DNA of 64,000 nucleotides, from the NCBI GenBank assembly GCA_038209515.1, contig JBBQXQ010000004.1, positions 1,078 to 65,077 on the forward strand. The letters run 5' to 3'. A program made the translations under genes and the position numbers. The DNA comes from Gemmatimonadales bacterium (GTDB taxonomy: Bacteria; Gemmatimonadota; Gemmatimonadetes; Gemmatimonadales; GWC2-71-9). The notes beneath the pieces were generated by a model. That model saw only the letters and a list, made by a program, of their open reading frames with translations, was not told the DNA's origin and ran no database searches. Below are positions 9,046 through 18,727 of this stretch, in pieces. Position 1 is the stretch's first letter. Each line of letters opens with the position of its first letter.

Positions 9046-10121
9046 CCTTTCTTCGCCTGGAAGGTCTGACGAAGCGTTTCGACGGCACCACCGCCGTGGA
9101 CCACCTCTCGCTGTCGCTGGAACGGGGAGAGATGCTCGCACTGCTCGGCCCCAGCGGGAGCGGGAAGACCACCACGCTACGGCTGCTGGCCGGATTCGAG
9201 ACGCCGGATGCCGGACGCGTGTGGGTGGAGGACGAGGACGTGACGACGGTCGAGCCGGTGGCGCGGCGCTTCGGCATGGTGTTCCAGCACTACGCCCTCT
9301 TTCCGCACCTCGACGTCGGCGCAAACGTGGCATTCGGGCTGGAGTCGCTCCGCGTTCGCGGGGAAGAGCTCGATCAGCGGGTGGCGCGCGCACTCGCTCT
9401 GGTGGATCTCGCCGGCTTCGAGCGCCGGCGCATAGCCCAGCTCTCCGGAGGCCAGCAGCAACGGGTCGCGCTGGCTCGGGCCCTCGCACCTGAGCCGCGA
9501 GTGCTGCTGCTGGACGAGCCGCTCTCCAATCTGGATCCGTCGCTTCGGGAGCGAACCCGGGGTGAGATCAGGGAGCTGATCCGCCGGGTAGGAATCACAA
9601 CTGTGCTCGTCACCCATGAGCAGGACGAGGCGTTCGATCTCGGCGATCGCGTTGCGGTGCTGCGCGGAGGCCGGCTGGAGCAGGTCGGCTCGCCGGAGGA
9701 TCTCTACGCCGCCCCGGCCAACCCATTTGTCGCGGAGTTCGTGGGCCGATCGAGCCGCATCGCCGTGACGGTGCTCGGGCCAACGGAGCGTGGGGTGCGA
9801 GTCTCACTGGAAGGCGTGGAGTGGGAGCTCACCGATGGCGCTGCACCGCCGGGAGCGGTTCCACCGCAGGGGGAAGCCTTGATGGTCGTGCGCCCCGAAG
9901 CACTCCGATTGATGGCACCCGCTCCGGGCGCAGTCCCCGGGACGGTAGCCGAGCGGCGATTCACCGGCGCGGCGAGTCTGTTCACCGTCGCGACCGATGG
10001 CGGTGCCAGACTCGAGGTCACCGGGCCGCCCCGGTCGGTCCGCCCCGGTGATCGGGTGGGGATCATGCCGAGCCGCCGGTCGGGTGGCGGTATCCACCTC
10101 TTTCCTTCGGGCGATCGGTGA
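9042..10121 (+). CDS. ABC transporter ATP-binding protein (FbpC/PotA-like)
   Basis: Walker A GPSGSGKTT, signature LSGGQQQRVALARAL, Walker B LLLDEPLS. GTGA overlap with the SBP stop. Confidence 0.92.
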   Translation: MTFLRLEGLTKRFDGTTAVDHLSLSLERGEMLALLGPSGSGKTTTLRLLAGFETPDAGRVWVEDEDVTTVEPVARRFGMVFQHYALFPHLDVGANVAFGLESLRVRGEELDQRVARALALVDLAGFERRRIAQLSGGQQQRVALARALAPEPRVLLLDEPLSNLDPSLRERTRGEIRELIRRVGITTVLVTHEQDEAFDLGDRVAVLRGGRLEQVGSPEDLYAAPANPFVAEFVGRSSRIAVTVLGPTERGVRVSLEGVEWELTDGAAPPGAVPPQGEALMVVRPEALRLMAPAPGAVPGTVAERRFTGAASLFTVATDGGARLEVTGPPRSVRPGDRVGIMPSRRSGGGIHLFPSGDR

Positions 10122-11776
10122 TCGGCGGCAGACGCGCGGCTCTCCTCGAAGTGGGGCTGCTGGTGCTCCTGGTGTGGCTGATCGTGTACCCGCTCGTGCT
10201 CGTCCTGGTGGAGGGTTTTCGCGGCGCGAATGGATGGACCGCCGACTTTGTGCGGCAATTCCTGGAGAGGCGGAACGAGGCGCAGGCGCTCTGGGGCAGT
10301 CTCTGGATCTCTCTCGCGACGGTGATGCTGGCCGGGGCAATTGGGATCCCGCTCGCGTTCCTCTTCTCCCGCTACGACTTTCCGGGCCGCCGTATCGTGG
10401 GTGGCCTGGTTGCACTGCCCGCGGTGCTTCCGCCGCTCGTTGGCGTGCTCGCCTTTCTGTTTCTCTATGGCGAGAGCGGATTCGCCTCCCTCCTGATACA
10501 GCGGCTCTTTCGGCTGGATACACCGCCGTGGCGGCTGCAGGGTCCCGGGGCCATTCTGCTGGTGCACGCCTACTCGATGTACGTGTACTTCTATCTGTTC
10601 ACCCGCGCAGGACTTGCCGGCCTGGATGCCTCGGTGTTCGAGGCTGCCGCCAGCCTGGGGGCGGGACGCTGGCGTACGCTGCGGCGAGTCGTGCTGCCGC
10701 TGCTGATGCCTGGGCTGACGGGTGGTGCCCTTCTCACCTTCATGACCGCGCTCGCGTCCTTCAGCGCGCCCTACATCTTCGGCGGCGGATTCCGGGTCAT
10801 GACCACCCAGATCGTCGCCACCCGGCTGAATGGTGATGACCAGCTCGCGATGATCGAGACCGTCTCGCTCACCCTGATCGCCCTCGGGGCGCTTTGGCTG
10901 TTACGGGGGACCGCCGCATTCGAGAGCTCGGCAGGTGGACGCAAGGGCGTTGCTCCCGCCCTGGTGCCGGTCAAGCGGCCGGCGGTGCGTCTCATCGTGG
11001 GGGTACTCGGCTGGGGACTGGCTCTGCTCCTCCTGCTGCCACACCTCACCCTGCTGCTGGTCTCCTTCGTGCCGGCAGGCACCTGGACCACCGAGCCGCT
11101 GCCGCCCGCGTATACCTGGCGCAACTACCTGACGCTGATCGAGGATCCGGTGCGGGCCAGGCCGCTGCTCAACAGTCTGTGGCTCGCGAGCGCGGCGACC
11201 GTGGCCGCGGTCAGTATCGCCGTGGCAGCGGGAGTTCTCTCCGTGCGCCGGCGGGCGAGATTCGGACGGACGATTGAAGGTCTGCTCGCGCTGCCGTGGG
11301 CGGTCCCCGGCACCGTCTTCGCCATCGCGCTGGCCACTGCGTTTAGCGTGCACGCGCCCCTGGCCGGCCGATTCATCCTGGTGGGCACCCTTTGGCTCCT
11401 TCCGCTCGCCTACCTCGTAAGGAATCTGCCGATCACCAGCCGCAGCGTTCTCGCCGGCTTCCGCGCGCTCGACCTCTCGCTGGATGAGGCAGCCGCGACG
11501 CTGGGCGCCGGGCGCTGGCGGACGCTCCGCCGGGTGACCCTCCCGCTGCTCCGCCCGGCCATCGTGGCTGGAGCAAGCCTGGCCTTCGTGACCGCCTTTG
11601 GGGACTTCGTGACCTCGATCATGCTTTACACCTACGACACCCGGCCGATCTCGCTCGAGATTCTGTCCAGTCTCCGGCAGTCCGACGTCGGCGTGGCCGC
11701 GGCCTATGGCGTGGTCCTGATGGCGATCAGCGCCGCAGTATTCGCGCTCGGGGCCGACCGGGGCGGGATCGGATGA
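10118..11776 (+). CDS. ABC transporter permease, duplicated (two-domain, FbpB-like)
   Basis: 552 aa. Two EAA-like loops (ASLGAGRWRTLRRVVLPLL and ATLGAGRWRTLRRVTLPLL). GTGA overlap upstream. Confidence 0.9.
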   Translation: MIGGRRAALLEVGLLVLLVWLIVYPLVLVLVEGFRGANGWTADFVRQFLERRNEAQALWGSLWISLATVMLAGAIGIPLAFLFSRYDFPGRRIVGGLVALPAVLPPLVGVLAFLFLYGESGFASLLIQRLFRLDTPPWRLQGPGAILLVHAYSMYVYFYLFTRAGLAGLDASVFEAAASLGAGRWRTLRRVVLPLLMPGLTGGALLTFMTALASFSAPYIFGGGFRVMTTQIVATRLNGDDQLAMIETVSLTLIALGALWLLRGTAAFESSAGGRKGVAPALVPVKRPAVRLIVGVLGWGLALLLLLPHLTLLLVSFVPAGTWTTEPLPPAYTWRNYLTLIEDPVRARPLLNSLWLASAATVAAVSIAVAAGVLSVRRRARFGRTIEGLLALPWAVPGTVFAIALATAFSVHAPLAGRFILVGTLWLLPLAYLVRNLPITSRSVLAGFRALDLSLDEAAATLGAGRWRTLRRVTLPLLRPAIVAGASLAFVTAFGDFVTSIMLYTYDTRPISLEILSSLRQSDVGVAAAYGVVLMAISAAVFALGADRGGIG

Positions 11777-13002
11777 AGCGGAACCCCGCCGATTCCCGCA
11801 ACCAGTTCCGCCGCCTTGCGGTCCTCATCGCGGTGAACTTCGTGGACATGATCGGGTTCATGATCGTGCTCCCGCTTCTGCCCTTCTACGCGCTCAAGCT
11901 CCAGGCGACGCCGGAGACGATCGGCCGCCTGATCGCGTCATTCTCCATTGCCCAGCTGCTGGCGGCGCCGATCTGGGGACGGGTATCGGATCGGTACGGC
12001 CGGCGGCCCGCGCTCCTGATCGGACTCAGCGCATCCGCGATGGCCTACGTGGTCTTCGGGCTGGCGACCAGCGTCTGGCTGCTCTTCCTCTCCCGCCTGG
12101 TACAGGGGGCCGGCGGGGGCACGACCGGTGTGGCCCAGGCCTACGTGGCCGATACGGTCGAGCCGGCCGATCGTGCGCGCGCCCTCGGCTGGCTCTCTGC
12201 GGCGACGTCGGCCGGTGTCATGGTCGGGCCGGCGATTGGTTCCTTTGCCGCGCATTTCGGCCAGGCGGCGCCCGGGATGATCGCGGCGGCGCTCTGCCTC
12301 ATCAACGTTTTCTTCGCCTGGAAATGGCTGCCGGAATCACACAAGGAGCCGGCACCGGTTTCCGCGAAGGCCCGCAAGCCGATCTGGCATCCCGCTTGGA
12401 TGGCGCTGCGACACCCGACCACAGCGATCGGTCGGCTGCTCTGGATCTACGGCGTGGGAATGCTCGCGTTTGCCTCGATGACCTCCGTGCTGGCTCTCTA
12501 TCTGGGTGCCGAGTTCGCGATCGATGAGACTACCATCGGATATGTCTTTCTCTATGTCGGGGTGCTCTCCTTTGTGATGCGCAGCCTGCTGCTGGGTCCG
12601 ATCGTAGACCGGATCGGGGAGACCTGGGCCATGCGGATCGGCACCGTGCTCCTCGTGGTCGGCCTTGCATTGTACCCGCTGCCCCACGATCTCTGGACAC
12701 TCGCCCTGGTCATTCCTCTGGTGCCGATCGGTACGGCTCTCCTCTTTCCGGCTACGACTTCTCTCATGTCACGCTATTCGGACCCGGGCGAGCTGGGCAC
12801 CACGATGGGGGTGGCGCAGACGTTCGCTGGGCTGGCCAGGGTGATGGCCCCTGTTCTTGCTACGATCGCCTTCCAGCGCCTGGGACACGGCTGGCCGTTC
12901 TACGGGGCAGGGATACTGGTCGGTCTGGTGGGCATCATGGCATTTCAGGTCGACGTGCAGCCCAGAGTCGCCAAACGCGCGGCAGAAGGAGCGGAAGCCT
13001 GA
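11773..13002 (+). CDS. MFS transporter (TetA/DHA1-like)
   Basis: 12-TM profile with the MFS motif GRVSDRYGRRPALLIG. ATGA overlap upstream. Confidence 0.85.
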   Translation: MKRNPADSRNQFRRLAVLIAVNFVDMIGFMIVLPLLPFYALKLQATPETIGRLIASFSIAQLLAAPIWGRVSDRYGRRPALLIGLSASAMAYVVFGLATSVWLLFLSRLVQGAGGGTTGVAQAYVADTVEPADRARALGWLSAATSAGVMVGPAIGSFAAHFGQAAPGMIAAALCLINVFFAWKWLPESHKEPAPVSAKARKPIWHPAWMALRHPTTAIGRLLWIYGVGMLAFASMTSVLALYLGAEFAIDETTIGYVFLYVGVLSFVMRSLLLGPIVDRIGETWAMRIGTVLLVVGLALYPLPHDLWTLALVIPLVPIGTALLFPATTSLMSRYSDPGELGTTMGVAQTFAGLARVMAPVLATIAFQRLGHGWPFYGAGILVGLVGIMAFQVDVQPRVAKRAAEGAEA

Positions 13003-14915
13003 TGAGCGAGGAAGACCGGATCGGCCGGCTCGAGGCGCGGCTGACAGCGCTGGAGGAACAAGTGCGTGAGATGGCAGCCCTAGGGGCGACGCGTGCGTCG
13101 CCCCAAAGGCGTGCATTGCCCGACCCGCATGTGCCTTCCCCATCGACCCCGGCCCCCCGGCCGCGGGCGACGCACGCGTCGCCCCTACCCACGGCTTCCC
13201 GACCGACGATTCTCTCGTCGGAACAATGGATCGGCCAGCGGGTGCTCCTCGCGATCGGTGTCGTCGCCCTCATCCTCGCCGCCGGATACCTGCTGCGTCT
13301 CTCGTTTGACCGCGGCTGGATCTCACCCATCATGCGTTGCATCAGCGGGGCCTGCGCCGGTGTGATCGTCGGTGCGATCGGCTGGCGGCTTCAGCCCCGT
13401 TACCGCACCTACGGCGCAGCATTGATCGGCTGCGGCTCGGGGATCATCTATCTCAGCGTCTGGGCGGCAGCCCGGCTCTACGGGGTGCTTCCTCCCACGA
13501 CCGGCATCCTGGGACTCGCGATGGTGTCGGTCTCCCTCGCGATGATCGCGTATGCCATTGACGTCGAGGCTCTCGGCACCACTGCGGCGCTGGGCGCGTT
13601 CTTCGCGCCGCTGCTCCTGGGCCGCAACTACGCCAACGCGGACCTGCTCCTGATGTACCTCGCCTCGATGGCGGCGGGACTCGGACTGGTCGCGGCGCGG
13701 CGGCGCTGGCGTCTCACCATGTTCGTTGTTGCCGTGAGCTTCTTCGGCGTGGCCTACTCCGGGGCCGCCACCCGCGGCACGCCCTGGGCCGTGCTACTCT
13801 ACGGCGTGCTCGGGGGAACGGCCGGAATCCACGTCGGGCTCCGGGAACGCTGGTGGGAGACCCGGCTGCTCTCGTTCTCGGGCGGCTGGACCTTCGTCGC
13901 CGCTGCAAGCGACCGTCTTCACCACCCCTGGGCGATCCTCCTGGCGGGGCTGGTGCTGGCCGCGCCGGTGTGGTGGTACGCACTTCACTCCAGCCGGATC
14001 CTGCCGCTCCAGCTTCCGACTGGATCAGTCGCGCCGGGTTGGTCGCTGGGCGAGGCGCTGTACTTCTTTCTGACCCCGGTCCTTCTGGGTTGGGCGGTGC
14101 ATGGCCTTGACCCGGGCTGGTTCGACGCGAAACCTGGCGCTGTCGCGCTGCTGGTTGCGCTGCCATACCTCATCGCCGGGTACCAACGACCGCGGCCCGC
14201 TTTTGCCCTCGTTGGCGCGGCTGCGGCCGGCATTGCCGCCTGGCAGCACTGGGATGGCGTTGGGCGGGTCTGGGCCCTCCTCGCCCTGACGGTTCTCTGG
14301 GCAGCGCTCGACCATCTGCTCGCCCGTGAGGATGGACGCTGGTTTGCCCTGGGCACTCTCTGGGCGGCGCTTGATCAGCTCTTTAGCGAGGCGCTCGCGG
14401 GACGCACCGCGGCGGATTCTGCCTTTGTGGGAGCGTGGGCGGTCGCACTGTGGGCGACGGTGGCCGTGACGCTAGGGCTCGCGGCCGGGCTCTGGCGCTG
14501 GGTCGGCGCGGCGAGCGCTGCCCCGCTCATCAGGGGCGGGCTCTGGGCCCTCGGTGGGGCCATGGTGCTCTTCGGGGCGACCGGAGAAATCCAGCGCTAC
14601 TTCGCGTTGAAGACACTTTCCGCTCAGACCGCGAGCCTCGCGTCCGGGCTGGCCGTCAGCGCCTGGTGGCTGGTGTTCGCGGCTGCGCTGGTCATCGGCG
14701 GGTTCCGCCGTGCCCTCAAGCCGGTCCGCCTTGCCGGACTCGGCGTCGCGGGGCTCGCGGTGGTCAAGGTTCTCCTGTTCGATCTTTCCTCGCTCGACGC
14801 TCTCTATCGGGTCGGCTCCGTCTTTATTCTCGGCCTGGTCTTCCTTCTGCTCGCCTACCTGTACCACCGCCAGGGCAGGATGGCAGGCGGGGAGCGCCGG
14901 GAGAGCATCATCTGA
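13002..14915 (+). CDS. DUF2339 domain-containing membrane protein
   Basis: N-terminal coiled segment RIGRLEARLTALEEQVREM, then a Pro-rich linker, then a polytopic membrane body. This layout is typical of DUF2339. Confidence 0.7.
   Translation: MSEEDRIGRLEARLTALEEQVREMAALGATRASPQRRALPDPHVPSPSTPAPRPRATHASPLPTASRPTILSSEQWIGQRVLLAIGVVALILAAGYLLRLSFDRGWISPIMRCISGACAGVIVGAIGWRLQPRYRTYGAALIGCGSGIIYLSVWAAARLYGVLPPTTGILGLAMVSVSLAMIAYAIDVEALGTTAALGAFFAPLLLGRNYANADLLLMYLASMAAGLGLVAARRRWRLTMFVVAVSFFGVAYSGAATRGTPWAVLLYGVLGGTAGIHVGLRERWWETRLLSFSGGWTFVAAASDRLHHPWAILLAGLVLAAPVWWYALHSSRILPLQLPTGSVAPGWSLGEALYFFLTPVLLGWAVHGLDPGWFDAKPGAVALLVALPYLIAGYQRPRPAFALVGAAAAGIAAWQHWDGVGRVWALLALTVLWAALDHLLAREDGRWFALGTLWAALDQLFSEALAGRTAADSAFVGAWAVALWATVAVTLGLAAGLWRWVGAASAAPLIRGGLWALGGAMVLFGATGEIQRYFALKTLSAQTASLASGLAVSAWWLVFAAALVIGGFRRALKPVRLAGLGVAGLAVVKVLLFDLSSLDALYRVGSVFILGLVFLLLAYLYHRQGRMAGGERRESII
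13083..13184. repeat. two copies of a GC palindrome inside the DUF2339 linker coding region
   Basis: GGGGCGACGCGTGCGTCGCCCC (13083-13104, perfect 22-bp palindrome) and GGGCGACGCACGCGTCGCCC (13165-13184). Confidence 0.85.
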
Positions 14916-15253
14916 CCGACCTTTCCCGACGCTCGTTCGCCGAGTCGGTCGCCCTGGCCGTCCTGGCACCCCTGATCGGCGCTCGTCCGGAGTCGATTCG
15001 CCTGGCCAGGTGGGAGACGGTGCTTCCGCCGGGCGCGGTCGAAGATCCGGGTGCACTCGCCAAGGCGCTAACCGAGGTGATTCGGGCTCAGTACGGCTCG
15101 AGGCTCTCCCCGAAAGACCTGAGCACGGTCGCGCAGCAGATTCAGAAGGGGCTGGAGCGGGTGGACCAGCTCAAGAAGGTGAACCTGGCCAACGATGATG
15201 AGCCTGATTTTGTCTTCACGCCCAGCCGGCCACGGCCCGGGCCTCATGACTGA
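14912..15253 (+). CDS. small hypothetical protein with a twin-arginine (Tat) signal; probable non-canonical CTG start
   Basis: In-frame (L/M)TDLSRRSFAESVALAVLAPLIGA matches S-R-R-x-F followed by an h-region. High GC3. GGGAGAG lies 7 nt upstream of CTG 14912. There is no ATG/GTG/TTG upstream of the RR motif in this frame. The stop overlaps the amidase ATG by 8 nt. Confidence 0.5.
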   Translation: MTDLSRRSFAESVALAVLAPLIGARPESIRLARWETVLPPGAVEDPGALAKALTEVIRAQYGSRLSPKDLSTVAQQIQKGLERVDQLKKVNLANDDEPDFVFTPSRPRPGPHD

Positions 15254-16646
15254 TCCCACTTTTCTTTCCATACCCGAACTGGGCGTCCTTCTTCGATCGC
15301 GCCGAGTATCCTCGGTGGAGCTAGCCCGGCATTTTCTCGATCGGCTCGAGCGGCTCGGTCCCACCTACAATGCGGTGGTCACGGTCATGCGCGAGTCAGC
15401 CATCGCCGAGGCACGGGGGCGGGACCGCGAACTGGCCGCGGGAAGGGCTCGAGGCCCACTCCACGGGATCCCGTGTGGCGTGAAGGATCTGCTGGCGACC
15501 GATGGCGCACCGACCACCTGGGGCGCAGCGCCGTACCGCGATCAAATGCTCAAGGGCGACGCTACCACGGTCCGCCTGCTTCGCTCGGCCGGCGCGGTGC
15601 TCTGCGCCAAACTCGCGATGGTCGAGCTCGCCGGTGGGATGGGGTACAACCAGGCGTTTGCCAGCTTTACCGGCCCGGGGAAGACACCCTGGGATCCGTC
15701 ACGCTGGTCGGGCGGCTCTTCCAGCGGGCCCGGATCGGCTGTTGGAGCTGGCCTGGTACCATTCGCGATAGGCTCGGAGACGTGGGGCTCGATCCAGTAT
15801 CCCGCGGCCTTCTGTGGGGTGAGTGGTCTCCGGCCCACCTATGGCAGGGTGAGCCGGCACGGCGCCATGGCATTGAGCTGGACCATGGACAAGCTGGGCC
15901 CTTTGGCACGAACCGCCGAGGACTGCGGCCTGGTCCTCGAGGCGATCGCGGGACCAGACCCTCAGGACCCGACCACCATCACCCAGCGGTTTGCAGCCCC
16001 ACGACGTGGCCGGCTGAGGCGGCGGTATCGCGTCGGAATCCTCCGCGGCACGAGGGAGAAGGTTCAGCCCGAGGTGCTGCGAAACTTCGAGGCGTCGATC
16101 TCAGTGTTGCGACAGGTCGCCGATGTGGTCGAGGATCTCCAGCTCCCCGACCTGCCGTACGATGCTGCTGCGAGCATCATCATCGATGCCGAAGCTGCGA
16201 GCGCGTTCGAGCCGCTGTTCGAGACCGGCCGGATAACCGAGCTCACCGCGCCGGAAGATCGCCTGGGAGGATACGCAGGGCAGGTGGTGCTGGCAAAAGA
16301 CTATCTCAGGGCACTCCGGGTACGGCGGCCAGCTGCGGTGGGGCTGGCCAAGCTCTTAAGCCAGGTAGACGCGATCGCTGCGCCATCCTTGCCGACTATC
16401 GCGTGGCCGCTCGACGCCTCCTTCGACAAGGTGTACCCGAACTATCCCGGCGGAACCAACATCAGCGGCGCAGCCAACCTGTGCGGGGTGCCTGGCCTCT
16501 TCCTCATGAATGGAATAGGTGAAGCGGGCTTGCCGACCAGCCTGCAACTCACTGGCGGGGCACTGGGCGAAGCCGCACTGCTTGCGATCGGTATGGCCTA
16601 TCAGGAGCGCACGAATTTTCACCGGCTCCGGCCCCCGGGATTGTGA
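15246..16646 (+). CDS. amidase (amidase-signature family, GatA-like)
   Basis: AS motifs GIPCGVKD and GGSSSGPGSAVGAGLVPFAIGSETWGSIQYPAAFCG. The ORF is open from 15195; the ATG at 15246 is preferred. Confidence 0.9.
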   Translation: MTDPTFLSIPELGVLLRSRRVSSVELARHFLDRLERLGPTYNAVVTVMRESAIAEARGRDRELAAGRARGPLHGIPCGVKDLLATDGAPTTWGAAPYRDQMLKGDATTVRLLRSAGAVLCAKLAMVELAGGMGYNQAFASFTGPGKTPWDPSRWSGGSSSGPGSAVGAGLVPFAIGSETWGSIQYPAAFCGVSGLRPTYGRVSRHGAMALSWTMDKLGPLARTAEDCGLVLEAIAGPDPQDPTTITQRFAAPRRGRLRRRYRVGILRGTREKVQPEVLRNFEASISVLRQVADVVEDLQLPDLPYDAAASIIIDAEAASAFEPLFETGRITELTAPEDRLGGYAGQVVLAKDYLRALRVRRPAAVGLAKLLSQVDAIAAPSLPTIAWPLDASFDKVYPNYPGGTNISGAANLCGVPGLFLMNGIGEAGLPTSLQLTGGALGEAALLAIGMAYQERTNFHRLRPPGL

Positions 16647-16708
16647 CTCGCGGCTGGCCTACGTTATATCTGGGAACCCATGTCCCTGATTCAGAATCGG
16701 GAGTCACA

Positions 16709-18418
16709 GTGACTGTGTCCGTCTTGCCCCCATCTCCCTCAGCGTTCGCCAAGGCGAGTTGGGATGACGTCGCCCCCTACTTCGATGATCTTGCCGCGCG
16801 CCCGCTCGAGGCTTCCACCATCGAGGCGTGGCTGGCCGAGTGGTCCCGGCTCGAAGAGCTGGTCACCGAGGCGGCCTCCCGGGCCATGATCGCGTATACC
16901 ATCGACACGAGCGATCGGGAGAAGGAAGCCGATCACCTCCGGTTCTCCACCGAGGTCCTGCCCAAGATGGAGGAGCGGAGCGTCGACCTGGCCCGCAGGC
17001 TGGTGGAGTCCGGCTACTCGACGCCCGAGCTGGCCACGACGCTCGCCCGTTTCCGCACCCAGATCGAGATCTTTCGGGACGAGAACGTTCCGATCTTTGC
17101 CGAGTTGGAGGAGCATAGCGCCCGTTATCAGCGCATCACCGGATCGATCATGGTGAAATGGGAGGGCGTGGAGCTGCCGCTGCCTCACCTCCAGCCTTAT
17201 CTCAAGAGTCCCGACCGCGCGGTCCGGGAGCGCGCGTTCCATGCGGCCAGCCTGCCGTACATCGAGCGCAGAGACGAGCTGGCCACGCTGTTCGACCGCA
17301 TGTACCAGCTCAGGATGCGGGCGGCCCGGAACGCCGGCTTCGCCAACTTCCGGGATTACATCTTCCCCGCCAAGTTCCGTTTCGACTACACCCCGGCCGA
17401 TTGCGAGCGGTTTCACGAGGCCATCGAGCAAACAGCGACCCCCGCGGTGGAGCGGGTCATGGAAGCCCGCCGTCAGCGGCTTGGCCTCGACGTGCTCCGT
17501 CCCTGGGACCTCGCGGTGGATCCCTACCGCGAGAAGCCACTGCGCCCATTCCAGGACGCGTCCGAGCTGGTGGGGAAGGCCCAACGGGTCTTCGAGCGGA
17601 TCGACCCGCTGCTGGGCCGTGAGTTCCAGACCATGATCGACGAGGGGCTGCTCGATCTCGAGAGCCGGAAGGGCAAGGCGCCCGGAGGGTACTGCGAGAC
17701 CCTGCATTTCCACGGCAGGCCCTTCATCTTCATGAACGCCGTCGGACTGGTGGAAGACGTCATGACCCTGCTGCATGAAGCCGGTCACGCCTTCCACGCC
17801 TTTGCCTCGCACCGCCTCCCCCTGATTTGGCAGCGCCATCCTGGCTCAGAGGCGGCCGAGCTGGCCTCGATGTCCATGGAGCTGCTCGCCACGCCCCATC
17901 TGACCCAGCCGGCTGGCTACTTCACCGCTCAGGACGCCCGGAGCGCCTGGCTGGAACATCTGGAAGATATACTGCTCAGCCTGGTTCACATCGCGTCGGT
18001 CGATGCATTTCAGACCTGGATCTACACCAGCCGGCAGGGCGGCAACGCAGACGCGCGCGACGCGGCCTGGCTCCAGATCCGCAGCCGCTTCGAGCGCGGT
18101 GTGGATTGGAGCGGGCTCCAGCAGGAGCGGGTATCCCGCTGGCATCGCCAGCTTCACATCTTCATGTATCCGTTCTACTACATCGAATATGGGATCGCGC
18201 AGCTCGGGGCAGTTCAGGTCTGGCGCAACAGCCTGGAAGATCCGGTTCGGGCCGTAGCGCGGTACCGAGAGGCGCTCTCGCTTGGCGCGGTCGAGCCCCT
18301 TCCCGAGATCTATCGGACCGCGGGCGCCCGCCTCACCTTCGATGTGGACTCCATTGCGGAGCTGGTCCAATTGGTGGAACGTCACATCGACCGGGCCCGC
18401 TCGGAGCTCCGCAGTTGA
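16709..18418 (+). CDS. pepF: M3 family oligoendopeptidase (PepF-like)
   Basis: Zinc motif HEAGHAFH with a downstream E. The ORF is open from GTG 16643 (overlapping the amidase stop). GTG 16709 has GGGAG 5 nt upstream. The start is uncertain. Confidence 0.85.
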   Translation: MTVSVLPPSPSAFAKASWDDVAPYFDDLAARPLEASTIEAWLAEWSRLEELVTEAASRAMIAYTIDTSDREKEADHLRFSTEVLPKMEERSVDLARRLVESGYSTPELATTLARFRTQIEIFRDENVPIFAELEEHSARYQRITGSIMVKWEGVELPLPHLQPYLKSPDRAVRERAFHAASLPYIERRDELATLFDRMYQLRMRAARNAGFANFRDYIFPAKFRFDYTPADCERFHEAIEQTATPAVERVMEARRQRLGLDVLRPWDLAVDPYREKPLRPFQDASELVGKAQRVFERIDPLLGREFQTMIDEGLLDLESRKGKAPGGYCETLHFHGRPFIFMNAVGLVEDVMTLLHEAGHAFHAFASHRLPLIWQRHPGSEAAELASMSMELLATPHLTQPAGYFTAQDARSAWLEHLEDILLSLVHIASVDAFQTWIYTSRQGGNADARDAAWLQIRSRFERGVDWSGLQQERVSRWHRQLHIFMYPFYYIEYGIAQLGAVQVWRNSLEDPVRAVARYREALSLGAVEPLPEIYRTAGARLTFDVDSIAELVQLVERHIDRARSELRS

Positions 18419-18508
18419 TTCCCGCCGTCATACCGACAAGATTCCACCCGCTTCATCACCCCGGTCGGGCGCCTGCCGGGCTTCTCGGGACCCTTGTGGA
18501 GATACTGG

Positions 18509-18727
18509 ATGGCCAAAGAAGAAGGCATTGAAATGGAAGGGGTGGTGACGGAGGTGCTACCCGACCGGAATTACCGAGTCATGCTGGAAAACGGTCACGA
18601 GATTCTGGCCTACGCGGCCGGGAAGATGAGCAAATTCAAGATTCGCGTACTGGAGGGCGACAGGGTCAGCGTGGTGCTCTCTCCGTACGATCTCACGCGT
18701 GGACGCGTGATTTATCGGCATAAATAA
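18509..18727 (+). CDS. infA: translation initiation factor IF-1
   Basis: 72 aa: [40 protein letters not shown]...RGRVIYRHK. Confidence 0.97.
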   Translation: MAKEEGIEMEGVVTEVLPDRNYRVMLENGHEILAYAAGKMSKFKIRVLEGDRVSVVLSPYDLTRGRVIYRHK

